Program-made: the position numbers and the translations under genes
The notes under the pieces: model-generated
Seen by the model: the letters and a program-made list of their open reading frames with translations, nothing else
Database searches by the model: none
What the model was told of the DNA's origin: nothing
Part shown: positions 10,301-18,483 of the stretch, piece after piece
Position numbering within the stretch: position 1 is the stretch's first letter
How the letters are laid out: each line of letters begins with the position of its first letter
From: Raphidiopsis brookii D9
Lineage (GTDB): Bacteria > Cyanobacteriota > Cyanobacteriia > Cyanobacteriales > Nostocaceae
Assembly: GCA_000175855.1 (NCBI GenBank)
Contig: ACYB01000047.1
Span: 1 to 32,000, forward strand
Length of the DNA: 32,000 bases
Direction: 5' to 3'

Positions 10301-11625
10301 TTACTAGAAATGCCTACGCTGGACCAACCTTAATTATTGCCCCAACTTCTGTGTGCATGAACTGGGTCGTGGAAGCAAATAAATTTGCTCCTACCCTCAA
10401 TGTTATTCAGTTCGGTGCCAACACTCGTATTAGCGATCGCATGTTACCTGACAAAGATTTAGATGGAGAGGAGATACCAGTTATTTCTAGTCGGCAAAAA
10501 TTATTGGACCAGTTACAACCCTTAGATATGTTGGTATGTAGTTATGGTTTACTGCAACAGGATGATGTGGCTAGAATGCTATCTCAGGTAGAATGGCAAA
10601 CCATAGTTCTAGATGAAGCTCAAGCTATCAAAAACCTGCATACTAAACGTTCCCAAGCTGCAATGGGTCTCAAAGGTAATTTTAAGTTAATTACTACTGG
10701 AACCCCCATTGAGAATCATTTGGGTGAATTATGGAATTTGTTCCGTTTTATTAATCCTGGGTTATTGGGTTCTTTTGATAGCTTTAATCAGCGGTTTTCT
10801 ACACCAATTGAAAAACATCAAGACAAACAAGCGAGAAATAAACTGAAAAAACTAATTCAGCCATTTTTGCTGCGGCGGACAAAAAGTCAAGTGTTGCAAG
10901 AGTTACCTTCTCGTACGGAAATTCTCCTTCATGTAGAATTGAGTCGGGAGGAAAAGATGTTTTATGAAGCTTTACGTCGTCAAGCCATTTCCAAACTGAA
11001 TGAAAGTGATGCAGATCCGGGTAGAAAGCATTTGCAAGTTCTGGCAGAAATTATGAGATTACGTCGCGCTTGCTGTAGTCCCAGTTTGGTCATGCCTGAT
11101 ATTAATTTATCTAGTTCTAAATTACAGTTGCTGGGTGAACTGCTGGCGGAACTGCTGGAAAATCATCACAAAGCATTAGTATTTAGTCAGTTTGTAGATC
11201 ATTTACACATCATCCGTAATTATCTGGAGAGGAAAAGTATTAAATATCAATATCTAGATGGTAGTACGCCCATGGCAGAAAGGAAAAGAAGTGTGGACAG
11301 TTTTCAAGCTGGAGACGGGGATGTATTTCTCATTAGCTTGAAAGCAGGAGGCACAGGATTAAATTTGACAGCTGCTGATTATGTGATTCACACAGATCCC
11401 TGGTGGAATCCAGCTGTTGAAGATCAAGCTTCTGACCGCGCCCACAGGATTGGACAGGAACGCCCTGTTACTATTTATAGACTAGTAGCAAAGGATACTA
11501 TTGAAGACAAGATTGTAGAATTACATCATCACAAGCGAGACTTGGCGGATACTTTATTGGAGGGTACTGATATGAGTGGTAAGATTTCCATGGAGGCTCT
11601 ATTACAATTGATTAATGATAGTTAA
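7342..11625 (+). CDS. SNF2-family DEAD/DEAH-box helicase with long N-terminal wHTH/TPR-like region
   Basis: 1427-aa ORF. C-terminal ~450 aa has ADQMGLGKTIQ, LDEAQAIKN, TGTPIENHLGELW and SLKAGGTGLNLTAADYVIHTDPWWNPAVEDQASDRAHRIGQ. Confidence 0.93.
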   Translation: MTNHRSPTKNKQADLLENYLKLSSAHQNILQILSIIYEKIDKSSILPCLVAASLSDERNVPWNAKSLNRQVDSLAEQDLLVQGPKNIVECHPLIKEGVIRHTIETENFELLVAAVEEKLPIRNALIKGRRSFANLHQCVREIRIGIYRGDTDFVYKQIDDYHHLKGEYESTKKLINYVSEEVCNNPFDPTWFVKLPPELYEIFMTNILFNSALNLSNCQEVFCLLEEECENSGKHSSNHTYSILIEQFLLRACTEEAEESLKHIKDVSITRNNGFWGWLSFLQGKNDQAIQYYSDGLETQRKMIGKHQIYFNSIAGLFFILALLKEGSAKSLSKAEEYANILSQSSHFLSLIYKNLTVLLQVHQGNISAKKTLLEEANFTSLKGKNSLELLFYSLCIYWLDIEVARKLLPKVLQKLYSSAVFSGYHWLAIEAANLLARIDPHSNYQIRAQTLQEYTNIETIVDILQPQEEWEIRLQALAGMQKESQTINQSDTGTRLVWLVKFDSGKCFLQPKEQKNTVKGEWSKGRQIALRRLSTNLSELNYITFQDVKVCSCIEVSNYRSYHNKSEYQFNERAILALIGHPLVFWEDAPNIRVEIVKGEMEFLVKKDGQDHLTIELSPKITTDNITCIKETPTRIKVIEITPEHRRIGEILGYENKLTVPRIAEKNILAAINGVSGIVTVHSDISGNVEGIEELPAQTLPYIHLLPTNTGLKVSLLSHPFTEGGPYFHPGIGGETVIAEIGGKRLQTRRNLSQERELAQYVIDNCPTLMSVNEQGSEWLIEDPDNCLELLLELQALKDKIVVEWPQGEKMRVSYHADLKDFNLSIERQKDWFAATGELKLSEDLVLDMEQLLQLLEKTPGRFIPMGDGEFLALSEVFRKQLDELRLFSEKHGKKLMFHPLAASNLEEFVDNVGNLKADKHWKQHISRLKEVQSLQPELPSTFQAELRDYQMEGFCWLARLAHWGVGACLADQMGLGKTIQALAIITRNAYAGPTLIIAPTSVCMNWVVEANKFAPTLNVIQFGANTRISDRMLPDKDLDGEEIPVISSRQKLLDQLQPLDMLVCSYGLLQQDDVARMLSQVEWQTIVLDEAQAIKNLHTKRSQAAMGLKGNFKLITTGTPIENHLGELWNLFRFINPGLLGSFDSFNQRFSTPIEKHQDKQARNKLKKLIQPFLLRRTKSQVLQELPSRTEILLHVELSREEKMFYEALRRQAISKLNESDADPGRKHLQVLAEIMRLRRACCSPSLVMPDINLSSSKLQLLGELLAELLENHHKALVFSQFVDHLHIIRNYLERKSIKYQYLDGSTPMAERKRSVDSFQAGDGDVFLISLKAGGTGLNLTAADYVIHTDPWWNPAVEDQASDRAHRIGQERPVTIYRLVAKDTIEDKIVELHHHKRDLADTLLEGTDMSGKISMEALLQLINDS

Positions 11626-11806
11626 GTAATCATTCTGTATTACTGGCAATATTGAACAGGTTTACCGGGGTTTAGACTTGACTAAACCATGTTATTTCTA
11701 AATAGCTCTCTTAAATATATCATTGTAAGCCTGATAAACACCTTTAACATTGTACCAGTTCAGAAAGATTCTGGCTATTTCTAAAGCAAGCTGTGGCTTA
11801 CCTAAA

Positions 11807-12637
11807 TCAATTAACCACTGCAACAGGGGAGCCATTGGTTTTTTCATTTAATAGCCCGTTTAAAGATAGTAATCCCCATAGCAACCGGTGAAAGAACGTC
11901 ATTTGAATCATCATTTTCACTTCCCAGGTGGGATGTTTCTGATAAAACAAAACCCCCATCTTTCCCCTTTGAATTTCCTTGTCAATTAAATTGTGAATTT
12001 GTTGCAAATTAAAGGGTGGGTGCCAATGATAACCTACTGCTTGGGGACATTTGATTAGTTGTAAACCCAGTTTTTTTAACCTCACACCTAATTCTAAATC
12101 CTCCCAACCATATAACTGGAAACCTGTGTCAAACAAACCTGCTTTCTCTAACCAGTGTTTGGGAATTGCTACATTACCCGTGGCAAAAAAAGCTGCGGAA
12201 AAATCCGTGATTTTATAAGGTTCGGCGGTGGGATCCTCAAAATTACAAGTGTTAATTACCGCACCATAGGTAAATAGGCGATCGCCACCTAGTCTTTTCC
12301 TTCCTTGAGTTAAAGCATCACTATGAGCATCTAAGAAGTTTGATAGAACTACTAAATCGCTGTCAATAAAAATAATTGTATCCCCCATAGAATTTTGCAC
12401 TCCTAAGTTTCGTGCTGCTGCTGGACCTGCATGATCCTGTTGAAAGCAGCGAACATGGGGAAATAGGTCTTGATGTTTTGCTAACCAGTCCAAAGTGCCA
12501 TCAGTGGATCCATCATCTACCAGAACCACTTCGTAACCTGTAACTTGACTGGTGTAACTCTGGTTTTCTAAAGCGGTAAGACACTTTTGTAAAATTGGTA
12601 GTCGGTTGTAAGTGGGAATAATAACACTAAAGAACAC
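11807..12637 (-). CDS. Family 2 glycosyltransferase
   Basis: 276-aa ORF: FSVIIPTYNRLPILQKCL, VLVDDGSTDGT, FIDSDLV, GWEDLELGVRLKKLG. Confidence 0.9.
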   Translation of the reverse strand: MFFSVIIPTYNRLPILQKCLTALENQSYTSQVTGYEVVLVDDGSTDGTLDWLAKHQDLFPHVRCFQQDHAGPAAARNLGVQNSMGDTIIFIDSDLVVLSNFLDAHSDALTQGRKRLGGDRLFTYGAVINTCNFEDPTAEPYKITDFSAAFFATGNVAIPKHWLEKAGLFDTGFQLYGWEDLELGVRLKKLGLQLIKCPQAVGYHWHPPFNLQQIHNLIDKEIQRGKMGVLFYQKHPTWEVKMMIQMTFFHRLLWGLLSLNGLLNEKTNGSPVAVVN

Positions 12638-12781
12638 TAGTTCACCTAGAATGTGATTTTAATGGCAACCAAAGTCAGGGTTTGTTGATGGATAATAAAC
12701 GCTCTAATTATAGTAAATTGTATACTAAAATGGCAATGTTTTAAGAATCATCAATCAATGTTGTTCTAACTGGAGAAATTA

Positions 12782-13984
12782 ATGGGTCGCGCCAAAAAGG
12801 TTGTTTTAGCATACTCCGGTGGAGTAGATACCTCCGTTTGTATCCCCTACCTACAACATGAGTGGGGAGTGGAAGAAGTTATTACCCTAGCAGCAGATTT
12901 AGGCCAGGGAGACGAATTAGAGCCAGTCAAAGAAAAGGCCTTAAAATCCGGTGCCAGTGAATCTTTGGTAGCAGATGTTAAAGAAAGTTTTGTCCAAGAC
13001 TACGCATTTCCCGCGATTCAAGCTAATGCTCTCTATGAAAATCGCTATCCCCTGGGAACAGCTCTCGCTAGACCATTAATCGCTAAGGTACTAGTAGAAA
13101 CTGCCGAAAAGTATGGTGCAGATGCGATCGCTCATGGTTGTACTGGCAAAGGTAATGATCAAGTTCGCTTTGATGTTTCCTGTGCTGCACTGAACCCGAG
13201 GTTAAAGATTCTGGCACCTGCTAGAGAATGGGGAATGAGTAGGGAAGAAACCATTGCCTACGGTGAAAAATTCGGTATTCCAGCACCTGTGAAAAAATCC
13301 TCCCCCTATAGTATTGACAAAAATCTACTAGGTCGGAGTATAGAAGCTGGTATATTAGAAGACCCAGCTAATGAACCGCCCGAGGAAATTTATGAAATGA
13401 CTAAAGCTGTAGGTGATGCTCCCAATGAACCGGAATATCTGGAAATTGGCTTTGAAAAGGGCATTCCCGTTACTATTAATGGAACCGTCAAAACACCAGT
13501 ACAGCTAATTCAAGAAATCAACGCCATAGCTGGCAATCATGGTATTGGACGTATTGATATGATTGAAAATAGACTGGTGGGAATTAAATCGCGGGAAATT
13601 TATGAATCACCAGCTATGTTGGTATTGATCAATGCCCATCGAGATTTAGAAAGTCTGACTCTGACTGCTGATGTGACACAGTACAAGCGTGGTCTTGAAG
13701 AAACTTATACTAAGCTCGTATATAATGGACTTTGGTATAGTCCATTAAAAAATGCTATAGATGCCTTTATACAGCAAACACAAACCCAAGTTTCTGGAGT
13801 AGTACGTCTAAAGCTGTTCAAAGGCAATGCTACTATAGTGGGACGTTGGAGTCAAAATACTTTGTACACACCAGACCTAGCAACCTATGGAGCGGAGGAT
13901 CAATTTGATCACAAAGCTGCGGAAGGCTTCATTTATGTTTGGGGTTTACCAACCCGAATTTGGGCCCAACACAGCAGGGACTAG
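12782..13984 (+). CDS. argG: Argininosuccinate synthase
   Basis: 400-aa ORF: [49 protein letters not shown]. Confidence 0.97.
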   Translation: MGRAKKVVLAYSGGVDTSVCIPYLQHEWGVEEVITLAADLGQGDELEPVKEKALKSGASESLVADVKESFVQDYAFPAIQANALYENRYPLGTALARPLIAKVLVETAEKYGADAIAHGCTGKGNDQVRFDVSCAALNPRLKILAPAREWGMSREETIAYGEKFGIPAPVKKSSPYSIDKNLLGRSIEAGILEDPANEPPEEIYEMTKAVGDAPNEPEYLEIGFEKGIPVTINGTVKTPVQLIQEINAIAGNHGIGRIDMIENRLVGIKSREIYESPAMLVLINAHRDLESLTLTADVTQYKRGLEETYTKLVYNGLWYSPLKNAIDAFIQQTQTQVSGVVRLKLFKGNATIVGRWSQNTLYTPDLATYGAEDQFDHKAAEGFIYVWGLPTRIWAQHSRD

Positions 13985-13992
13985 TAAGTATG

Positions 13993-14035
13993 GGCAGCAG
14001 GTGACAGAGATATAATCTCTCATCACCTTGTTGCC
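13993..14035. terminator. Hairpin between convergent argG and DedA genes (candidate bidirectional terminator)
   Basis: GGCAGCAGGTGA..AGAGAT..ATCTCT..TCACCTTGTTGCC imperfect inverted repeat in a ~50-bp convergent gap; no clear U-tract. Confidence 0.45.
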
Positions 14036-14661
14036 TACTCGCCTAAATGTTTAACTTGACGTGACTCCCACCAAATGGGGAGTACAATCACTAAAACCAT
14101 AATAATTAAGGCCAATATAGCAAATTGGCTCACCCAAGCAACCAATTGTTCCAGAGAAACTATTTTGCCCGCAAAAAATGCTAAGGTGACCATTACAGTA
14201 GCCCAAGCGGAAGCACCAGCTAAGTTATATACTAAAAATTTGCCAAATGGCATTTCCGCAATACCAGCTAGGGGAGAAGCAAAAATCCTCAATAAGGCAA
14301 AAAATCTACCAAAAAACACCGTCTTTCCAGCATTTTCACTAAATTGGTCCTTAATACTAACTAGTCGCTCTTCAGATATGCGGAATATCTTTCCCGCTTG
14401 TACTAGTAATGACCAACCACCAAGTTTACCAATCCAATAACCACAGATGCCACCAATTACAGCACCTGTAACAGCATCAACCAAAACTAGCCAGTAATTA
14501 AGCTCATCACTACCGGCTAAGAAACCTCCCACCAAGGTTAGGGTTTCACCGGGTAGAGGAATGCCCAAATTTTCTAGCAAAATTCCCACGAAAACTGCCC
14601 AGTAACCGTAGGTTTGGGCAAATTCTTGGATTTTTTCCAGTGAAAATAATTCCAAAGACAT
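14035..14661 (-). CDS. DedA family (SNARE-associated/VTT) membrane protein
   Basis: 208-aa hydrophobic ORF: GILLENLGIPLPGETLTLVGGFLAG, FFGRFFALLRIFASPLAG. Confidence 0.92.
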   Translation of the reverse strand: MSLELFSLEKIQEFAQTYGYWAVFVGILLENLGIPLPGETLTLVGGFLAGSDELNYWLVLVDAVTGAVIGGICGYWIGKLGGWSLLVQAGKIFRISEERLVSIKDQFSENAGKTVFFGRFFALLRIFASPLAGIAEMPFGKFLVYNLAGASAWATVMVTLAFFAGKIVSLEQLVAWVSQFAILALIIMVLVIVLPIWWESRQVKHLGE

Positions 14662-14971
14662 CCAACACCACCGACTTTATACAATTCTACATCTTAGAAT
14701 ATTTTCTTACTTATTTGTCAAATTACCATTGGTTTCCATCCTTGAATCTTCGAATCGTTAAGTTGGCTACTGAAATTTGGCAAATTTTATGCTTATACTA
14801 TGTATCAGTCAATTTGAAATCCAAATTTATACTTTTTATGTTTTTCCCATGATCAGCAAATATTATAATAGAATTATTCCCAATCGATCTGAGAACCATT
14901 GAAAAACAGTGTAAACATTGTAAATACTTTCGGACATTTCAACCCTCCCGTTCAATTATCCAGTTAAAATC

Positions 14972-15319
14972 ATGACTCTTACACAAGAACGCCAAGTGAT
15001 TTTGTTCCAACCCCAGGGAAGCATCAACTTACAAGTTGGTACTGACCTGAGCCAGAGGATGGCTAAAATTCTCCCTAGCCCTGATCAGCTATGGGTTATA
15101 GATTTAGCTAAGGTTGATTTTATGGATAGCTCGGGTTTAGTTCCCCTGGTTCAAGCACTGAAAATTGTGCGTGAGACTGGTTGCCGTTTGGTGATTTGCA
15201 ATGTACAAGCCCCCGTTAGGCTAGTATTAGAACTAACTCACCTAGACTCCGTGTTTGAGATAGTTAACAATTACCATATACCCGACTCAATTCCTACTCT
15301 TGTCTCTAGTACACTCTAG
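14972..15319 (+). CDS. STAS-domain (anti-sigma factor antagonist-like) protein
   Basis: 115-aa ORF: VIDLAKVDFMDSSGLVPLVQALKIVRETGCRLVICNVQAPVRLVLELTHLD. Confidence 0.88.
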   Translation: MTLTQERQVILFQPQGSINLQVGTDLSQRMAKILPSPDQLWVIDLAKVDFMDSSGLVPLVQALKIVRETGCRLVICNVQAPVRLVLELTHLDSVFEIVNNYHIPDSIPTLVSSTL

Positions 15320-15471
15320 AATGTGTCATAATCATCCAGATTTTAATTAAACACTTTAGATCAAAACTACACCTGCAGCTACCTATAAATAGGCGGATGG
15401 GAGCCAGGAGGACTAACCAACAACCACTTTTGTCCGTCTTTCTTATAGAGTAGCTATTTTCAAAAACGAAT

Positions 15472-16020
15472 TTAAGGTTGCGCAGGAGAATTATGTAAAC
15501 TAGTATCAGTAAAATTGGGTAGGTCTATACCACTATGGGTTGAGTGGCGAGTTTTTAAGGCTAGTCTGTAACTAACACTTTGCAACTCTGCTTGCAGTTG
15601 GCGATTTTCTGTTTCTAGCATAGCCATTTTTTCCTGTACTGGATTCATTCTTTCTTCAAATTTTTGACTATAAATTTGTGGTAGTTCCTGTACCACCTGC
15701 TCTAACATGCGGCTGCGATCAGTTAATTCTTGAACTGACTGTCTTAGCTGATGAATCTCAGCATCACGGGTAGAAATTTGTTCCTGATAAAATGTTACCT
15801 GCTCCTCCATGGCTTGCAGTTGATTTTGCAATGCAGTTATTTGTCCGGTATTACCCTTTAATTCTTTCTGTTGAGGTGCAAAATTGCTATTACCTTTGAC
15901 CAGTCGAAATAATTCTTGGGATAACTGCTGTACTAATTGATCTCTCAGTTGCAGGTCTTGACGCAACTGTAACACTTCCGTAGCCAGCTGTTGAATGTTG
16001 GGATTCTCGGATTCAGTCAC
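15472..16020 (-). CDS. Coiled-coil hypothetical protein downstream of rpsF
   Basis: 182-aa ORF, Q/E/L-rich heptad-like: LQLRDQLVQQLSQEL..LRQSVQELTDRSRMLEQVVQELPQ. Confidence 0.75.
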   Translation of the reverse strand: MTESENPNIQQLATEVLQLRQDLQLRDQLVQQLSQELFRLVKGNSNFAPQQKELKGNTGQITALQNQLQAMEEQVTFYQEQISTRDAEIHQLRQSVQELTDRSRMLEQVVQELPQIYSQKFEERMNPVQEKMAMLETENRQLQAELQSVSYRLALKTRHSTHSGIDLPNFTDTSLHNSPAQP

Positions 16021-16183
16021 GGTGGTTTATATCTCTTAGGTTGTTAAAATTAATTACCACTTAGTTATACTTGGCGTTTTCTGGCGTTTTCCCGCCTTTT
16101 TAAGGCGGGTAATTTAGTCTGTGATTAGATTCGTTTGTAAATGCCCGTCTAATCGATTAGGATAATGTTCTATTCGACATTGG

Positions 16184-16510
16184 TTAGGTCGTCACTGCTT
16201 CGCTGCTAGGCGCTATAGCTTTCACTCCCTGTTTAACAGTTAGGTAACGAATAACATCTTCATTTAGACGCATGCTACGCTCAAAAACAGCAATAGCACT
16301 TGCAGGAGCTGTATAGTTAAACTGGACATAGACACCATCACGATGGCGATTTATTTCGTAAGCAAGACGACGCTTGCCACGGTTTTGAACTTCTAAATTC
16401 TCTGCGCCCTGTTCGTTCAACAGGTTTTGGTATTTAACGATGGCCTGGTCTACCTGGTCGTCTCCCAAATCAGAACGGAGAATGTAGGTCGTTTCGTAAA
16501 CTGTAGTCAT
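16184..16510 (-). CDS. rpsF: 30S ribosomal protein S6
   Basis: 108-aa ORF: [56 protein letters not shown]. Confidence 0.96.
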   Translation of the reverse strand: MTTVYETTYILRSDLGDDQVDQAIVKYQNLLNEQGAENLEVQNRGKRRLAYEINRHRDGVYVQFNYTAPASAIAVFERSMRLNEDVIRYLTVKQGVKAIAPSSEAVTT

Positions 16511-16546
16511 GTGTTGTTATTTTCCTTATGGGCAACAAAGGCTGCT

Positions 16547-16591
16547 GATGTAGACATGCGTGCTGAGTAACCTGATAGGTTACCGGACATC
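16547..16591 (-). promoter_or_regulatory. Candidate rpsF 5'-leader structure
   Basis: Perfect GTAACCT-GAT-AGGTTAC hairpin (16567-16583) with CCG immediately 5' on the minus strand (16584-16586), enclosed by a possible 5-bp stem (16547-16551 with 16587-16591). Confidence 0.4.
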
Positions 16592-16668
16592 CCACATCGG
16601 AAGCAACAAGGAATTACAATGGTAGCAGTTTTCAGTTCCATTGTCTAACTCAAATTATGGCATAAATT

Positions 16669-17448
16669 ATGGCACAACGGTACGTGCGAGTTAAAAGTCA
16701 GGAAGGAAGGATTTACTACGGGTCACTAGAAATATCCCTGAGTGTGATAGTTTTAGATGGCCCCCCTTGGTTGGAGGGAGAACCGACGGGGTTGATTTTG
16801 GAACCAGGTAAATATCAATTGCTGGCCCCCTGTTTGCCTTCTAAGGTTGTTGCTGTAGGTAAGAATTATGTTGACCACGCAGCTGAAATGGGTGGATCTG
16901 TTCCCTGTGAACCCCTGATTTTTTTGAAACCACCCACCACGGTCATTGCTTCGGAGATGGATATTCAATATCCCCGTCAGTCACAACGGGTAGACTATGA
17001 GGGTGAGTTGGCACTAGTTATTGGCGATCGCACTTGTGATTGTTCACCACAGGATGCTCAAAGCAAGATTTGGGGTTATACCATTGCTAATGATGTCACT
17101 GCTCGGGATTTACAAGGTAAGGACTCCCAATGGACTAGAGCTAAGGGTTTTGACACCTTTTGCCCTCTGGGTCCTTGGATTGTCCGGGAATTAAATCCTG
17201 GTGCTAGATTACAAACCTTCCTCAATGATCAGTCTGACCCCGTTCAATCTGCTTCTATTGATCAAATGGTCTTCCCTCCCGATATGTTAGTTTCTTATAT
17301 TAGTCAAGTTATGACCCTTATACCGGGTGATGTAATCCTGACTGGAACTCCATCCGGTATAGGTCCATTAAATTTGGGCGATCGCGTGTCCGTGGAGATT
17401 GAAGGAATTGGCAGGTTAGAAAATATAGTTGTTGCCAGGTATAGTTAA
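16669..17448 (+). CDS. Fumarylacetoacetate hydrolase family protein
   Basis: 259-aa ORF: KIVCVGKNY-like VVAVGKNYVDHAAEMGG, VDYEGELALVIG, GYTIANDVTARDLQ, GDVILTGTPSGIGPL. Confidence 0.93.
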   Translation: MAQRYVRVKSQEGRIYYGSLEISLSVIVLDGPPWLEGEPTGLILEPGKYQLLAPCLPSKVVAVGKNYVDHAAEMGGSVPCEPLIFLKPPTTVIASEMDIQYPRQSQRVDYEGELALVIGDRTCDCSPQDAQSKIWGYTIANDVTARDLQGKDSQWTRAKGFDTFCPLGPWIVRELNPGARLQTFLNDQSDPVQSASIDQMVFPPDMLVSYISQVMTLIPGDVILTGTPSGIGPLNLGDRVSVEIEGIGRLENIVVARYS

Positions 17449-17458
17449 TAACTGAGTA

Positions 17459-17935
17459 CTAACGTACTTGAATGTGAACCGCTTCTGAAATAGCTGGTAT
17501 TTCTGGATAGCGACCATTTAAGGACTGAAATACGGAATAGACAACACAGGCAAATATCCCTAAAAATATGGTATTTTCCAGGATTTCCCCTGCAAAGTCG
17601 CTGCTGGGAATAGTCCCAAATATTCTCAGTAGTATGGAAGACAAAAATATAACTATATCTAAAAGGATTGCCTGCATGGCATTAAAGCGAATAAAATGGC
17701 TAACTTTTTCATTTCTGACCACAAAAAGGAACAGGGCGAAAAACACTAGGATTTGACCATACCCGGATGCCTGATAAACCGTAGCAATTGGTAGTATTGG
17801 TAACAAAAGTACTCCTAGGATGGGAAAGTGTTGCAGTAAAAACCTGCTGAAACCCAGACTATCAACTAAGGGTAGTAAATAGGGTAAACAGGCAAAGATT
17901 CTGTCAGGAATAGTAATGGATCCGCGCCAAGACAT
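17459..17935 (-). CDS. Tic20 family (Ycf60-like) membrane protein
   Basis: 158-aa ORF: RIFACLPYLLPLVDSLGFSRFLL, HFIRFNAMQAILLDIVIFL. Confidence 0.82.
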   Translation of the reverse strand: MSWRGSITIPDRIFACLPYLLPLVDSLGFSRFLLQHFPILGVLLLPILPIATVYQASGYGQILVFFALFLFVVRNEKVSHFIRFNAMQAILLDIVIFLSSILLRIFGTIPSSDFAGEILENTIFLGIFACVVYSVFQSLNGRYPEIPAISEAVHIQVR

Positions 17936-18093
17936 TGTGATTTCTCCCGTGTTGCAATTTTGATAATTATGTTGACTTTGATAATTTTATGCCAACTTAT
18001 GGTTATGGCATAATTTCTTTTAGCGATCTTTTAAGATTGGGATATTGGGATATTAGGAATAAGAATCTATATCTCCCGATTGTTCAAATTTTC

Positions 18094-18321
18094 TTAACGA
18101 ATATTAGCCAGTCTAAAGCCCATTACACACTCATACTGTTCCGCTTGGTGTTCTGTAAACTTTTTTACAGCTTGCCCACAACTTAACCTACCTTCATGCC
18201 AACGGGGTTGACCGCCATTATCGGCAAGTAGGCAAGATTGACAAACTTGCCCCGGGGGAAAGATTTGATTGTCTGTTATAAAAAGATTTGATTGTCTGTT
18301 ATAATAACTAACATTACCCAC
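18094..18321 (-). CDS. Small conserved CxxC-containing protein; start codon uncertain because of a 23-bp tandem duplication
   Basis: Core GQVCQSCLLADNGGQPRWHEGRLSCGQAVKKFTEHQAEQYECVMGFRLANI looks like a real cyanobacterial family. The track start at 18321 is GTG. Confidence 0.65.
   Translation of the reverse strand: MGNVSYYNRQSNLFITDNQIFPPGQVCQSCLLADNGGQPRWHEGRLSCGQAVKKFTEHQAEQYECVMGFRLANIR
18259..18304 (+). repeat. Perfect 23-bp tandem duplication
   Basis: AAAGATTTGATTGTCTGTTATAA at 18259-18281 and again at 18282-18304. Confidence 0.97.
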
Positions 18322-18483
18322 ACCTCCATCGCTTTAGTATCAGGGACCAGAGGAAATTTTTTCGCACCCGTTCCTATTGTATACTATAATCGCAATGTAT
18401 GAAAGAATCTCAGCGTTATCGCACCCTAATTTATGGCTGGTGAGGTTTTGGTAGTACGATTGGGATAATTAAGGATAATTATT

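Noticed and set aside
11669-11688. GGTTTAG-ACTTGA-CTAAACC inverted repeat after the SNF2 gene
   Set aside because: A plausible weak terminator but only 7 bp, low GC and no U-tract; not distinctive enough to call.
12717-12729. GTAAATTGTATAC upstream of argG as a possible NtcA box
   Set aside because: Spacing is GTA-N7-TAC rather than the canonical GTA-N8-TAC.
14640-14852. 70-aa ORF upstream of the STAS gene
   Set aside because: AT-rich intergenic sequence with implausible composition (MKIIPKTSNTTDFIQF..LFMFFP).
16149-16160. 12-bp palindrome CTAATCGATTAG downstream of rpsF
   Set aside because: Short AT-rich palindrome, easily expected by chance; no further context.
17989-18186. 65-aa plus-strand ORF overlapping the small CxxC protein
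   Set aside because: Antisense overlap with a better-supported conserved ORF; no motif.
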